Shown here: one piece after another, positions 8,312 to 19,305 of the stretch
Layout: every line of letters begins with the position of its first letter
Numbering within the stretch: position 1 is the stretch's first letter
From: a virus
Lineage: Duplodnaviria > Caudoviricetes
Virus record (IMG/VR): IMGVR_UViG_3300017913_001710
Coordinates: 1,219-65,218 of that record
Direction: 5' to 3' (one strand)
DNA length: 64,000 nucleotides
Notes under the pieces: generated by a model
What the model was told of the DNA's origin: nothing
The model's input: the letters and a program-made list of their open reading frames with translations, nothing else
Databases searched by the model: none
Translations under genes and position numbers: made by a program

Positions 8312-11300
8312 ATGTCCGAACTCAAGATACTTGAAGACTTAAAGGTACACGGTGATTTAAAACCAACGGGAGCTATTCATGACTCTGGAGATTCTCCAGG
8401 AACAATCGGACAAATACTTCAGTCTACTGCAACAGGAACAGACTGGGTTGATGGCATAGATATAAGCGCAGGAGACGCTGAAGCCATTCACTTAGCTGTA
8501 AAAAATACATCGGGAGCTACAATAACAAAAGGTACTCCTGTTTATATTACAGGTAACGTTGGAAATAGTGACCGACTAGAGGTTGCGCCAGCAGATGCTT
8601 CGGATGCTTCAAAGATGCCTGCTGTTGGACTTTTAGAGTCTGACCTAGCTAACAATGCACAAGGATATGTAGCGCAGGGAGGATATTTAAAAGGTTTAGC
8701 CACCGCTACTATTGATGGAACTTCAACTTCATCTAATGACACTGTATATGTAAAAGCTGGAGGTGGGCTTACAATGACAAAGCCTACTGGAACTAACTAC
8801 ATTCAGAATGTTGCAAAAGTAGCAAGGGTTCACGCTAGCAATGGATCTCTTGTAGTGTCATCTATTCTTAGAACGAATGATGTGCCTACTCCTTTATACA
8901 TAGACCACACAAATCAAAGGTTAGGAATAGGCGAAACGAGTCCTGGCAGAAGGCTACACGTTAAATACTCAGCACAAGGAGTAGCAAGGTTTGAAAGTAC
9001 ATCTTCTACAAATGGATTTATAGACATAAAAGATGCAAATACAACTGCAGATAACAAAGTTAGATTTGGTGCAGAAGCTGATGATTTACTTCTTTTTGCA
9101 GGCGGTGCAGAGCGCCTGCGTATTGATTCGAGTGGCTACGTTGGTATTGGAACAACCAATCCTTCTGTTAAATTAGATGTAAAGGATACTTTAAATAGTG
9201 CACGTCCGGTAAAAATCGGAACCACAGGTAATAGTTACACAGCTATTGATATTTACACTAATTCCATAGCCGCAGGTAATCTGTATTTAATTGGATACGG
9301 AAGCGGCAATCCTCAAGATGGAGCTTTTGCAATAAAAAATAATTCATCTCATACTACGACTAATAGTACTGCAGGTGATATTTGGTTTGCAACTGGTGGT
9401 TCTTCAACAGAGAGATTAAGAATAAAAGGCAGTTCAGGCAACGTAGGAATAGGTACTAATAGTCCTGATGCTAAACTTCATATTAACGGCGGAACTGGCG
9501 GAGATACTGCAAAAGTAATAGTAGGTGGTAATGATGCTATAATAAAGCTAGGAGATAATCAGGGAGGTGGACCTCACGGTTTACAGTTTGATGGAGTTAG
9601 TGGTGTTGATGGTATGTCTATGTATTACCGTACAACCCCCCAACATATAGTGTTTGAAGATAGCACTGGTACGAGTGGTAACAGCATAATGGTTATTGAA
9701 AGGGGAGGAAACGTCGGAATTGGAACGACTTCTCCTTCTTATAAGTTAGATGTAGATGGTACAGCTAGATTACAAGTAGCAACAAGTGCTGACCTTACTT
9801 TTGAGCAGGGTGCTAACCAATATCAAGCATCTATCAATTCATCCAATCATTTAGTTTTACAATCAGCAGCCAATAATCAAGTTATATTTAGATCTGGCGG
9901 TACAACTAATATGATTGTTGACGGAACAAGCAACAACGTTGGAATCGGCACGACTTCGCCTTCTTCTACTTTACACGTGGCTGACACTGGAAATGCAGAG
10001 ATTTTAATTCAAAGAGCCTCGGGCGCTGGAGTATTAATTCAATCTCAAGCATCAGTAGGTGTTGTAGGGACAAACACAAATAATAGGTTAGATTTAAAAA
10101 CGAACGGTGGCACTAGAGCAACTATTTCTACAGATGGCAACGTAGGAATAGGTACGACTTCTCCCGACACTATTTTACATATTGAGTCTACTAGTGCAAC
10201 AGGCGCTATATTAAATTTAGAAACCACCCATTCAGGAGGAATACCTATATACAATATGAAGGGTGCGCATTCTGCGCAGTTAAGATACCAAGACGAAAAT
10301 GGTAACAACCAAACTAGAATTGACTTTTTAGACGCAGGTGCAATGTCTTTTATTGACGCTGCTAATGGTAACACTAGGATAGCAATTAAGTCAAGCGGAA
10401 ACGTAGGAATCGGCACAGGTTCGCCAGGACAAAAACTTCATGTAGACGGTAATATCAGAGTCGGAGATTCAGCAGATGCTATATACTCTAATAAATTTTA
10501 TGGGCTATCAAACACTTCTGTTTACTTACAATCTAACAGCGGCTATCCAATAATTTTTAACGCTGGTGCATCTGAAAAGATGCGCATTACAAGTAGCGGC
10601 AACGTAGGAATCGGAACGACTTCGCCTGCTGTTGAACTTGAGGTTGATGGACATATAATGTCTGACACCCATTTTAGGTCTTCAGACACTAACGCAACTC
10701 TTTCAGCTCAAGACGGGGGAAATGTTTTCTTAAGACCAAACGGGTATTCGAATACATCTGGACAAGTTGTAGTAAAATCCACAGGCAACGTAGGAATAGG
10801 TACGGATTCACCTGGCGCAACGTTACAAGTGGGTGATGGTACGGTGGATGAAAACATAAGAGCGTATTATAATGACAATACCTTTACGGAACTTAGAGGT
10901 TATGGAATCCAAACAAATAGGGGCACTGCTTATTTTAGACCTACGGTAGATAATACTCAATCTTTAAGAATTGGGTATAATTATTTACAATGGCAGACTC
11001 TTTCATTTGATGCTACTACAACAACATTTAATGTAAATGGGAGTGAAAAGTTGCGTATCAATTCTAGCGGGGACGTAGGAATCGGAACGACTTCTCCCAG
11101 CGAAAAACTTCACGTTTCAGGTAATACTAGACTTGATGGATTGGTTGGAATAAATGGACCGACAAGTACTGATTACCAACTAAATTTGCAGTTTGACAAT
11201 ACTAATCCAGATGATGATTTTCACTTTGCACAACGTATTGATGGTAACTTTAGTGGCGCCGATAATACCACTGGTGATAGGGAACAAGGGGGTATTTATA

Positions 11301-14300
11301 TAGATATTGATTCGTCAGCAGACGGAGATTCTTCTAATGAGCATAGGTTATACGGAATTTTTAATGATGTAAGATTCACAGGGTTTAGTGATGTTGTCTA
11401 TGCTGCCTTTAATAGGGCAGAAAGTAATAATAATACAGAAAGCACTTCTGTTCTGGCTGCAGCGTATAACTATGCAGTTCATGATAGCGGAAGCGCAGGA
11501 GGTGTTTCTAACCTGTATGGTTCATTAAATTACGGAGTTGTTGATGACGCCGGGGATGTAACTAACGTAGTTGGAAGCATGGGTGCTGCTTTAATATCAT
11601 CTGTAAGAACTGCAAATATCGGCACTTTAAAAGGAGTTGTTGGGGAAGTTCAAATAGATTCCCCTAATGCTATTACTTATGGGAATGTTTCTGGTGTTGA
11701 AGCGATTATTGATAATAACGAGGGAAGCACTCCGACTGGAACAAATACATTTTTATTCAAAGGAAATTATCAAGGAACAAGATACGCAACGAACGCTTAT
11801 GGGTTATACGTTCAAGGTAATAAGCATTATTTAGAAGGTTCGGTAGGAATAAACACGACTTCGCCTGACGCTAATCTCCATATTTCAGGCATTAGCCAAA
11901 CAGGATCATTAACCCCATTTAAAATAGAAAATGATACTAATAATCTTAAGTTTTCAGTAAGGTCTGTACTTGGAGATTATAATCTTCAGTTCAAAAATGC
12001 AGCTAATACAGTAAAAGTTTTATTGAATTCTAACGGGGATAGCTATCTTAATGGTGGCAACGTAGGAATCGGCACGACTTCGCCTTCTACTAAGCTTGAG
12101 GTTAATGGAGCTATAACTTTAACTCATAATACATTTGGTGAAGGATTAATTTTAAATAGAGATCATGCTTCGAATGCTTCTACTATAACATTTAAAAATA
12201 ATAGTGGTCAAGCAGGTATTTTATATGCTACTTATGCAGATACTACATTGAGGTGGAGAGACGGTTCGTCTTCTAACTCGTATGAAATATGGCATGAAGG
12301 CAACGACGGCTCAGGTTCAGGTCTTGATGCAGATACGGTTGACGGAATACAAGCAGCTTCTTTCTTAAGAAGTGATGCAAGTGATTCATTTAGTGGAATC
12401 TTAACTGGTACCAACACAGGTGAGAATCTTAAAGTTGGTGGTATTAGAGGTACTACTAAAGGCAGTCAAACTGGACAATACATTCATCTTTATGAAAGAG
12501 TGCATGTAGGTGGACCAAGTGGTTGGGGACATTCATCGCACGGTGCACCAAGTAATGGTTTAAGTACTTGGGGTAGTGTAGATTTCGGAATGAACGGAAC
12601 TGGTGTTATACAACTTGATGGAACTACCATAGTAAACGCGTCAAGAGAACTTATAAATGTCACTAATACAAACTGGGATACCGCATACGGCTGGGGTAAC
12701 CACGCAAGTGCTGGGTACATTACCGGTATAAGCTTTGCCGATGTAAGCAGTAAACCGGCTTTCATTACAAACTCTAATTTACAATCAAGAGCAACAACAG
12801 CTCCAAATACCGCTGGAGACGGAACTGGTGCTAGTTTCCACTACTTATCTAGTGCCGCAACAAACAAACCAGCTGGTACTGACCACTCCTTGCTAACCAT
12901 GGCATACAGTAATGACTGGCAAACGCAAATTGCTCAAGACTGGAGAAACAAAGGTAGAATGTACTTGAGAGGACAAAGCAGTGGAACTTGGTCTTCTTGG
13001 ATTAGAGTACATACAACCGATGATTTTAGTACAACAGATGTTTCTAATGGCGCAACCGCATATGGATGGGGTAACCACGCAAGTGCTGGGTACTTAACTG
13101 ATTCATCCACTCAAAGCAAATACTTAAGAAGTGATGCTGATGATACATTTACTGGTAATCTTACCACTGGAGCAAATAACCATATCACCTTTGGACCTAA
13201 TTCAACTTGGGGGTCTTCATTAAGAGTAGGGGGGAATGGTCATACTGCTACTGGAACAGAGATGGCTAGTGTTGTTACAACAGATGGAAACTTACATCTT
13301 GATGCAGCCGAATCTACTAATGCAACATATTTAAATTATTATGCTGGTACTCGTGGTACTATTTTTGGCAACGGCGATGCTGGCATTGTTGCTAGAATAG
13401 ACAGTAGCGGAAACCTATACAAAGCTAGCACTGCCACTAATATTACAGAAACATATTGGCACTCTGGTAATGACGGTTCTGACTCAGGATTAGACGCAGA
13501 TACATTAGATGGTCAGCACGCTTCTTCTTTCTTAAGAAGTGATCAAAATGATACAACATCTGGTATCTTAGGTGTTAACACTACTTCTTTAGAATCAGGA
13601 GTATCGTTAACACTTGGCAGAACAAACGGATTGCCTTCCATAAAAGCCGATAGTTCTAACGGTGGGTACTTAATATTAGACAGCAAAAGTAATTTCCTTT
13701 CTTTAAATCACTATGTAAACCAGGATGTTGTAATTGGCAATGGAGGTGGTAACGTCGGAATCGGAACGACTTCGCCTAGTGGAGGAGATTACACAAGTAC
13801 AGCCCCCAAACTTCATGTGAAAGGAGCAGATACTGCAGGTTCTTATACTACAGTAGCACGATTTCAAGCAGGTAACGATAGTGATAACACAGGAGCAGCG
13901 GTTTTAATTAATCACAATAACGATAGAGGATTAGCTATTAGAGCAGGTAGAAAAGACTCAGATAGAGCTGTAGCTTATTTTGATTTAATAAGTTCAAGTG
14001 GAAGTGCTACTAATATGCTTACTCTTGGTAAGTATGCTAGTGATTTTAGAGTGGGTATTGGAACCACTTCTCCCCTGCAAGCATTTCACACAGATGGAGT
14101 TGCTTACTTTAGCGGTGGAACTAACGTTGCTTTCCAGAGTGGTGGTGATGTTCATGCGAGCACGGCTATAGTTATAGACAAGGGATACAGAATAAAAGTA
14201 AGAGCAGGAGCATACTTAAGAGATTTAATACATCAAGACTCTTCCACCAGTTTAATAAAGGTTGGACAAAGTGGAACATCTTTAATTACTGGTATAAACT

Positions 14301-15361
14301 TAGAGCCTGGTCATGACGGTTCCGCTGGGTCTGCACAAGTAAGAGTATATGGTGGTTCAACTGAATATGTTCGCTTTGATGGATACAATAAAAGAGTAGG
14401 AATCGGGACGACTTCGCCTTCAAATAAATTACACGTTGTTGGTGGTGCTATTCACGTTAATTCAAGCGGTGATAAACAATTACGATTTTCGGGGACAAAT
14501 AAAAACACGTATTCATTTGAACACGATACGTCCCGTATTTACATTTACGATGAAACAAATGCGTCCGCTCGTTTCACGATTATGGATAGCGGAAATGTAG
14601 GAATAGGCACGACTTCGCCTTTAGTTAAACTAGATGTCAATGGCGACATACAGTCATATGGTACATCTCCAAGAATAGTTCTAAAAGAAACTGGAGCTAA
14701 TAAAGACTATAATTTAAGAGTATATAGCGGTGGGCGTTTAGCTTTTTTAAACGACAACACTACAACAGAAACAATGTCTTTGTTGCAGAACGGCAACTTA
14801 GGAATAGGCACAACTGCGCCTGGAGCAAAGCTTCATGTCTATGATGGAAATATTAGAATATCAAACAGCAATGGAACAAAAGACATAGCTCAGTACTACA
14901 ACACTATGACCTTTAAGGGTGATAGTAACTGTAAGTTTTACTTTGGAACATCTGAGAACCCATCATATAGCACGCCTCTTCCAGTTCACACTGGTAAGTT
15001 AGATGTAACTGGACATATATACGGGGGAGCCGCTGTACAAACAATAACAACAACTAGTGGAACGATAAACCTTGACGCTGAAGACTACGGTGTGTTTAGG
15101 TTAACAAGCTCACTTTCAGGAACGACTACACTTAACATTCAAAACATGAAGTCTGGTCAGGTTATAGATGTTATACTTACTGGAGATCAAACGGTAAACT
15201 TAACAAGTGATGATACCTCTGAGACTTTCTATAGAATAGGTGAAACAACTTATGATGGTACAGCAACTAATCACTTACAGATTGTTTGTATTAGCGACAC
15301 AGACTCAGCAGCAATATATCATTTCACTGTAGCAAAAATAGCAAGTAGTAGTTCAATATAA
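8312..15361 (+). CDS. Giant modular tail fibre (2349 aa) with about 17-19 GNVGIGTTSP-type repeats
   Basis: Recurrent G[N/D]VGIGTTSP..KL.V hinges separate variable beta-rich segments; GNDG.GSGLDAD and YGWGNHASAGY motifs each occur twice. Confidence 0.85.
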   Translation: MSELKILEDLKVHGDLKPTGAIHDSGDSPGTIGQILQSTATGTDWVDGIDISAGDAEAIHLAVKNTSGATITKGTPVYITGNVGNSDRLEVAPADASDASKMPAVGLLESDLANNAQGYVAQGGYLKGLATATIDGTSTSSNDTVYVKAGGGLTMTKPTGTNYIQNVAKVARVHASNGSLVVSSILRTNDVPTPLYIDHTNQRLGIGETSPGRRLHVKYSAQGVARFESTSSTNGFIDIKDANTTADNKVRFGAEADDLLLFAGGAERLRIDSSGYVGIGTTNPSVKLDVKDTLNSARPVKIGTTGNSYTAIDIYTNSIAAGNLYLIGYGSGNPQDGAFAIKNNSSHTTTNSTAGDIWFATGGSSTERLRIKGSSGNVGIGTNSPDAKLHINGGTGGDTAKVIVGGNDAIIKLGDNQGGGPHGLQFDGVSGVDGMSMYYRTTPQHIVFEDSTGTSGNSIMVIERGGNVGIGTTSPSYKLDVDGTARLQVATSADLTFEQGANQYQASINSSNHLVLQSAANNQVIFRSGGTTNMIVDGTSNNVGIGTTSPSSTLHVADTGNAEILIQRASGAGVLIQSQASVGVVGTNTNNRLDLKTNGGTRATISTDGNVGIGTTSPDTILHIESTSATGAILNLETTHSGGIPIYNMKGAHSAQLRYQDENGNNQTRIDFLDAGAMSFIDAANGNTRIAIKSSGNVGIGTGSPGQKLHVDGNIRVGDSADAIYSNKFYGLSNTSVYLQSNSGYPIIFNAGASEKMRITSSGNVGIGTTSPAVELEVDGHIMSDTHFRSSDTNATLSAQDGGNVFLRPNGYSNTSGQVVVKSTGNVGIGTDSPGATLQVGDGTVDENIRAYYNDNTFTELRGYGIQTNRGTAYFRPTVDNTQSLRIGYNYLQWQTLSFDATTTTFNVNGSEKLRINSSGDVGIGTTSPSEKLHVSGNTRLDGLVGINGPTSTDYQLNLQFDNTNPDDDFHFAQRIDGNFSGADNTTGDREQGGIYIDIDSSADGDSSNEHRLYGIFNDVRFTGFSDVVYAAFNRAESNNNTESTSVLAAAYNYAVHDSGSAGGVSNLYGSLNYGVVDDAGDVTNVVGSMGAALISSVRTANIGTLKGVVGEVQIDSPNAITYGNVSGVEAIIDNNEGSTPTGTNTFLFKGNYQGTRYATNAYGLYVQGNKHYLEGSVGINTTSPDANLHISGISQTGSLTPFKIENDTNNLKFSVRSVLGDYNLQFKNAANTVKVLLNSNGDSYLNGGNVGIGTTSPSTKLEVNGAITLTHNTFGEGLILNRDHASNASTITFKNNSGQAGILYATYADTTLRWRDGSSSNSYEIWHEGNDGSGSGLDADTVDGIQAASFLRSDASDSFSGILTGTNTGENLKVGGIRGTTKGSQTGQYIHLYERVHVGGPSGWGHSSHGAPSNGLSTWGSVDFGMNGTGVIQLDGTTIVNASRELINVTNTNWDTAYGWGNHASAGYITGISFADVSSKPAFITNSNLQSRATTAPNTAGDGTGASFHYLSSAATNKPAGTDHSLLTMAYSNDWQTQIAQDWRNKGRMYLRGQSSGTWSSWIRVHTTDDFSTTDVSNGATAYGWGNHASAGYLTDSSTQSKYLRSDADDTFTGNLTTGANNHITFGPNSTWGSSLRVGGNGHTATGTEMASVVTTDGNLHLDAAESTNATYLNYYAGTRGTIFGNGDAGIVARIDSSGNLYKASTATNITETYWHSGNDGSDSGLDADTLDGQHASSFLRSDQNDTTSGILGVNTTSLESGVSLTLGRTNGLPSIKADSSNGGYLILDSKSNFLSLNHYVNQDVVIGNGGGNVGIGTTSPSGGDYTSTAPKLHVKGADTAGSYTTVARFQAGNDSDNTGAAVLINHNNDRGLAIRAGRKDSDRAVAYFDLISSSGSATNMLTLGKYASDFRVGIGTTSPLQAFHTDGVAYFSGGTNVAFQSGGDVHASTAIVIDKGYRIKVRAGAYLRDLIHQDSSTSLIKVGQSGTSLITGINLEPGHDGSAGSAQVRVYGGSTEYVRFDGYNKRVGIGTTSPSNKLHVVGGAIHVNSSGDKQLRFSGTNKNTYSFEHDTSRIYIYDETNASARFTIMDSGNVGIGTTSPLVKLDVNGDIQSYGTSPRIVLKETGANKDYNLRVYSGGRLAFLNDNTTTETMSLLQNGNLGIGTTAPGAKLHVYDGNIRISNSNGTKDIAQYYNTMTFKGDSNCKFYFGTSENPSYSTPLPVHTGKLDVTGHIYGGAAVQTITTTSGTINLDAEDYGVFRLTSSLSGTTTLNIQNMKSGQVIDVILTGDQTVNLTSDDTSETFYRIGETTYDGTATNHLQIVCISDTDSAAIYHFTVAKIASSSSI

Positions 15362-18303
15362 TGAGTAACAGAAGAGTATTTATATCACCAACAACAGAAT
15401 CAACATCTCTACCAACTTCATTCAGCGCAAGATATTTAGTAGTTGCTGGAGGTGGATCAGGAAGTGGATATCACTACGGTGGTGGTGGAGGTGCTGGAGG
15501 TATGTTAGGCGGAAACGCTAACGATACCATAACACTAAGTGTTGGTGTTACGTACACCGCAATGATTGGAGGTGGTGGATCTAGTCCAAACACAAGTCAA
15601 GGAACTACTGGTAATGATGGATCTTCATCTTCTTTTTATGGATCGGGTATAACAACAATATCAACCACAGGTGGTGGTGGTGGTAACACACACTACAGCT
15701 CAACAGATGATGGTAGAGACGGTGGATCTGGTGGTGGTGGTGGATTAAACGCCAATGGTGGTTCTGGAGTTTCTGGTCAAGGTAATGATGGAGGTAGTTC
15801 TATAAATGTAGATGTAACGACAACCTATCCAAGAGCTGGAGGTGGTGGAGGTGGTGCAGGCGCTGCTGGAAGAAGCGGATGGACTGGTACTGCCGACTCA
15901 CTATTAGCAAATGGTGGTGATGGAAGAAGTTCAGATATAACGGGAACTAGCACATACTACGCAGGTGGTGGTGGTGGTGCACCAATTAATAGTTATGCTT
16001 ACGCTGGTGATAATGCCTATCGTGGTGGATTAGGTGGAGGAGGAGATGCTCAGATAAGTTGGGTATCAGGATACGGAATAGCCTCTGGATACAGCACTAG
16101 AATACAACAACCAGGAGACGTAAACACTGGCGGTGGTGGTGGTGGAAGAAACAACGGAAATCTTGGTAACAGAACTGGATCTAACGGTGGAGGATCTGGT
16201 GTAATAATATTAAGAGTGCCTAGTGGATACGGTATAAGTGGTACTTGTACAAGAACAGTAAATGAAGTAGGAAGTGATAAAGTTATAACGATAACTGGAT
16301 CAGGAACTATTTCATTTGTAAACTCTATTTTTCCTATTGATGTCGATTATCTTGTTATAGGTGGCGGTGGTGCTGGAAACCCTGGAGGTGGAGGTGGAGG
16401 TGCTGGAGGTTATAGAACTTCCTTTGGATCTGGCAACGTATCTGGTAGAAACTCTGCTGTAGAATCTCCGATATCTGTATCCGCTGGAACCGCATATACA
16501 GTAACAGTAGGTGGAGGTGGATCCACTATGAGTCCATCTAGTACAACCTCTGTATTGAATGCTGGAGGATCGGCAGGAAGTAATTCTGTTTTTTCTACGG
16601 TAACATCATTAGGTGGGGGTTGTGCATCATACTATCCCACTAGTGGCTACTTAGCTAAGAATGACGGAGGATCTGGTGGTGGAGCTGTATTCGGTGGAAG
16701 CGGTGGTCACAATGCAGGGGATACGTCTGGTACTACGGCACAAGGATTTGGAGGACACGGTGGAGGTTTGTCCAATGCATCTACATGGTCGGGAGGCGGT
16801 GGAGGCGCAGGTGCCGCTGGAAACAATACAGGCACAGGTGGGGCAGGATTGGCTTCATCAATAACAGGGACATCTGTTAACCGTGCAGGTGGAGGATCTC
16901 CTGGTCCTTGGCAGGGAGGAACAAGATCTTCAAACGGATTTGGTGGTGGTGCAGGAGGTAGCGCAACATCTGGAACTGCTAACACTGGTGGTGGAGGCGG
17001 TGGTGGAGGATCTACTAGTCAAAGTCAAAGTAACTTAAGAAATTCTGGATCGGGAGGATCTGGTGTTGTAATATTGAGGTTTGACTCAGAAGCTGATTAT
17101 ACTGTATCGGCAGGACTAACTTTTTCTGAAACGACAGACGGTGAATTTAAGGTTGTCACGTTCACATCAGGCACAGGTACAATAACCTTTAACGATCCAG
17201 TTGAAGAGCCAGATTATCCACACGAAGACTTAGTGTTATTTTTAAATGGCGCTACATATCCAGGATCAGGAACTACGTGGAATGATTTAAGCGACACAAA
17301 TGCTACAGCTACATTTAACTCAGCTCCTGCTCAAAGCACATACGGGTCTGCTCCAAACACATTAAACTTTTCAAGTAAGCTGGTCACAGTCACCAACAAC
17401 GCTGCTTTTGACTTTACATCAGAGCAGAGTGTTTACATTATAAGCTACCCTCTAAGTGATACCAATAGACAGAACTACTGGGATCAAGCCTATGGTGGTG
17501 AGGGTACTTGGACAAGAGAAGGAAATGGAACTATAAACTGTTTCTTTGGTGACAACGGAGGAAATGCACAACCATACATTGGCGCAAACTCTAGTACATC
17601 TGTAACGCTAAACCAATGGCAGAGTTGGTGCTTTACTAGAAACACTTCTACATGGCACTGGTATAAGAATGGTGTTCAAACAAGCACTGGTTCACATAGC
17701 TATAACACTCTTCCAAACGGAACGCAAAACATACGAATAGGATACGGGTATACTAGTCGGTACTTAAGCGCATACGTTATGTGTGTTTTAGCTTATACAA
17801 GAAAACTGACGTTGGCTGAGGTTAATGAGTTAGACGACTACTTTGAAGAGCAGTACGGCATTACATTGGGCGCAGCAAGTACGACGACTTCCACGTCTAC
17901 TACAGCCGCACCAACGACGACAACGTCGACAACTGCGTCTCCGACTACCACGACGGCAGCTCCGACTACTACGTCTACTTCGACAAGTACATCTACTTCG
18001 ACAAGTACATCTACTTCGACAAGTACGTCTACTTCTACATCTACTAGTACATCAACATCTACAAGTACGTCTACAAGTACATCAACTAGTACATCGACTA
18101 CTGCTGCTCCAGCTTGCTATCAATATGAATTTTTTGCAGACGGAGGGCAGACTGTTACCTTTACCTATCAGAGATGTAACAACGGTAATACGTTTACTGT
18201 TACAGTACCAAATGGCGATAGCGCAGGACCATTCTGTGCAAGAGAAAACTCAGTTTCAATGTCACCAAACAGTGGCACAGTAATAAAAGGATCATCATGT
18301 TAA
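15361..18303 (+). CDS. Virion decoration protein: two Gly-rich domains, LamG/ConA-like domain, (TS)n stalk, 4-Cys tip
   Basis: YLVVAGGG...GGGGAGG repeats; LVLFLNGATYPGSGTTWNDLS...WQSWCFTR LamG-like region; TS tract 17878-18102; terminal Cys module. Confidence 0.75.
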   Translation: MSNRRVFISPTTESTSLPTSFSARYLVVAGGGSGSGYHYGGGGGAGGMLGGNANDTITLSVGVTYTAMIGGGGSSPNTSQGTTGNDGSSSSFYGSGITTISTTGGGGGNTHYSSTDDGRDGGSGGGGGLNANGGSGVSGQGNDGGSSINVDVTTTYPRAGGGGGGAGAAGRSGWTGTADSLLANGGDGRSSDITGTSTYYAGGGGGAPINSYAYAGDNAYRGGLGGGGDAQISWVSGYGIASGYSTRIQQPGDVNTGGGGGGRNNGNLGNRTGSNGGGSGVIILRVPSGYGISGTCTRTVNEVGSDKVITITGSGTISFVNSIFPIDVDYLVIGGGGAGNPGGGGGGAGGYRTSFGSGNVSGRNSAVESPISVSAGTAYTVTVGGGGSTMSPSSTTSVLNAGGSAGSNSVFSTVTSLGGGCASYYPTSGYLAKNDGGSGGGAVFGGSGGHNAGDTSGTTAQGFGGHGGGLSNASTWSGGGGGAGAAGNNTGTGGAGLASSITGTSVNRAGGGSPGPWQGGTRSSNGFGGGAGGSATSGTANTGGGGGGGGSTSQSQSNLRNSGSGGSGVVILRFDSEADYTVSAGLTFSETTDGEFKVVTFTSGTGTITFNDPVEEPDYPHEDLVLFLNGATYPGSGTTWNDLSDTNATATFNSAPAQSTYGSAPNTLNFSSKLVTVTNNAAFDFTSEQSVYIISYPLSDTNRQNYWDQAYGGEGTWTREGNGTINCFFGDNGGNAQPYIGANSSTSVTLNQWQSWCFTRNTSTWHWYKNGVQTSTGSHSYNTLPNGTQNIRIGYGYTSRYLSAYVMCVLAYTRKLTLAEVNELDDYFEEQYGITLGAASTTTSTSTTAAPTTTTSTTASPTTTTAAPTTTSTSTSTSTSTSTSTSTSTSTSTSTSTSTSTSTSTSTSTSTSTTAAPACYQYEFFADGGQTVTFTYQRCNNGNTFTVTVPNGDSAGPFCARENSVSMSPNSGTVIKGSSC
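17878..18102 (+). repeat. Thr/Ser mucin-like tract (75 codons) including 18-bp tandem units
   Basis: TCTACTTCGACAAGTAC[A/G] occurs three times at about 17975-18028 within an (ST)n run. Confidence 0.9.
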
Positions 18304-18313
18304 AATTAAATAT

Positions 18314-18703
18314 ATGGCACACTACGCACTATTAGACTCGAATAACATCGTTACTGAAGTTATAGTAGGTAAAGATGAGACAGACACAACCCTTGACTGG
18401 GAGATCTACTACGGAGATTTGAAAAATCAGACATGTAAGAGAACTAGCTTTAACACATACAATGGTGAACACATAAACGGTGGTACGCCATTCAGAAAGA
18501 ACTACGCTGGTATTGGCTACAGTTATGACGAAACAAGAGATGCTTTCATACCTCCAAGATTATATGATAGCTGGACACTAAATGAAACAACTTGTAACTG
18601 GGATCCGCCAGTAGCCTATCCAGATGATGGGAATCTTTACAACTGGGATGAAGACAACCTACAATGGGTTGTAGATGAAAACACTATCCCGCCTAATGAA
18701 TAA
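18314..18703 (+). CDS. Conserved-looking phage tail-associated protein
   Basis: MAHYA.LD.NNIVT.VIVG...RTSFNT...FRKNYAGIGYSYD..RDAFIPP pattern, commonly found after Gly-rich fibre genes. Confidence 0.6.
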   Translation: MAHYALLDSNNIVTEVIVGKDETDTTLDWEIYYGDLKNQTCKRTSFNTYNGEHINGGTPFRKNYAGIGYSYDETRDAFIPPRLYDSWTLNETTCNWDPPVAYPDDGNLYNWDEDNLQWVVDENTIPPNE

Positions 18704-18710
18704 TAATTTG

Positions 18711-18718
18711 TATATTTG
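18711..18718 (+). promoter_or_regulatory. Bacteroidota-type -7 element (TATATTTG)
   Basis: TAnnTTTG 21 nt before ORF 18740. Confidence 0.55.
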
Positions 18719-18739
18719 TAAAACAAAAGAAACACAAAG

Positions 18740-19105
18740 ATGGCAACAATAACTACATGGACCTGGAATGTTAATACTGTGGATACATATCCATCTCACA
18801 CAGATGATAACGATGTAACAGAATCAGACGTTATATACAACGTTCACTGGAGATTGACAGGGTCAGATGGAACAAACGAGGCAACTAATATTGGAACAAT
18901 CAACTTAGATGTTTCTGATCTTTCTACTTTTTCAGACTTTGATGATGTTACAGCTTCTGATGTAGAAGGATGGGTAGAATCTGCTATAGGTTCTGATAGT
19001 TTAGCTGACATCAAAGCCAGCATTCAAACGCAAGTAGATGAGATTTCTGCTCCTACTTCTGTCACAAGAACTATAGGAGAATCTACGAGTACACCTGAAG
19101 AATAA
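18740..19105 (+). CDS. Acidic hypothetical virion-associated protein
   Basis: TWTWNV...VIYNVHWRLTG...FSDFDDVT...GWVES pattern. Confidence 0.6.
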   Translation: MATITTWTWNVNTVDTYPSHTDDNDVTESDVIYNVHWRLTGSDGTNEATNIGTINLDVSDLSTFSDFDDVTASDVEGWVESAIGSDSLADIKASIQTQVDEISAPTSVTRTIGESTSTPEE

Positions 19106-19125
19106 TAACCCTTTAAATAAATAAA

Positions 19126-19305
19126 ATGGAAATTAAATTAACCGAAGAACAAGTAAACCAAATCAACGCAATCTTAAACTCTATGCCCATTAGTCAACTA
19201 GGGGCAGTGCAACAGATTATTAAGATATTCCAAGAGGCGCAACAGCCTGCTGAAGAAGCAGGAGAAACACGTCAACTTACTGCTGATGCTAATTCGGAAG
19301 ATTAG
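19126..19305 (+). CDS. Small protein (59 aa, not in track)
   Basis: MEIKLTEEQVNQINAILNSMPISQLGAVQQIIKIFQEAQ...; AT-rich leader. Confidence 0.55.
   Translation: MEIKLTEEQVNQINAILNSMPISQLGAVQQIIKIFQEAQQPAEEAGETRQLTADANSED

Noticed and set aside
14830-15361. Peptidase S74 intramolecular chaperone expected at the end of the GNVGIG fibre
   Set aside because: No SD.RLK motif; the C-terminus is a different beta domain.
8312-18303. Diversity-generating retroelement acting on the fibres
   Set aside because: No reverse transcriptase and no adenine-specific TR/VR pair were seen.
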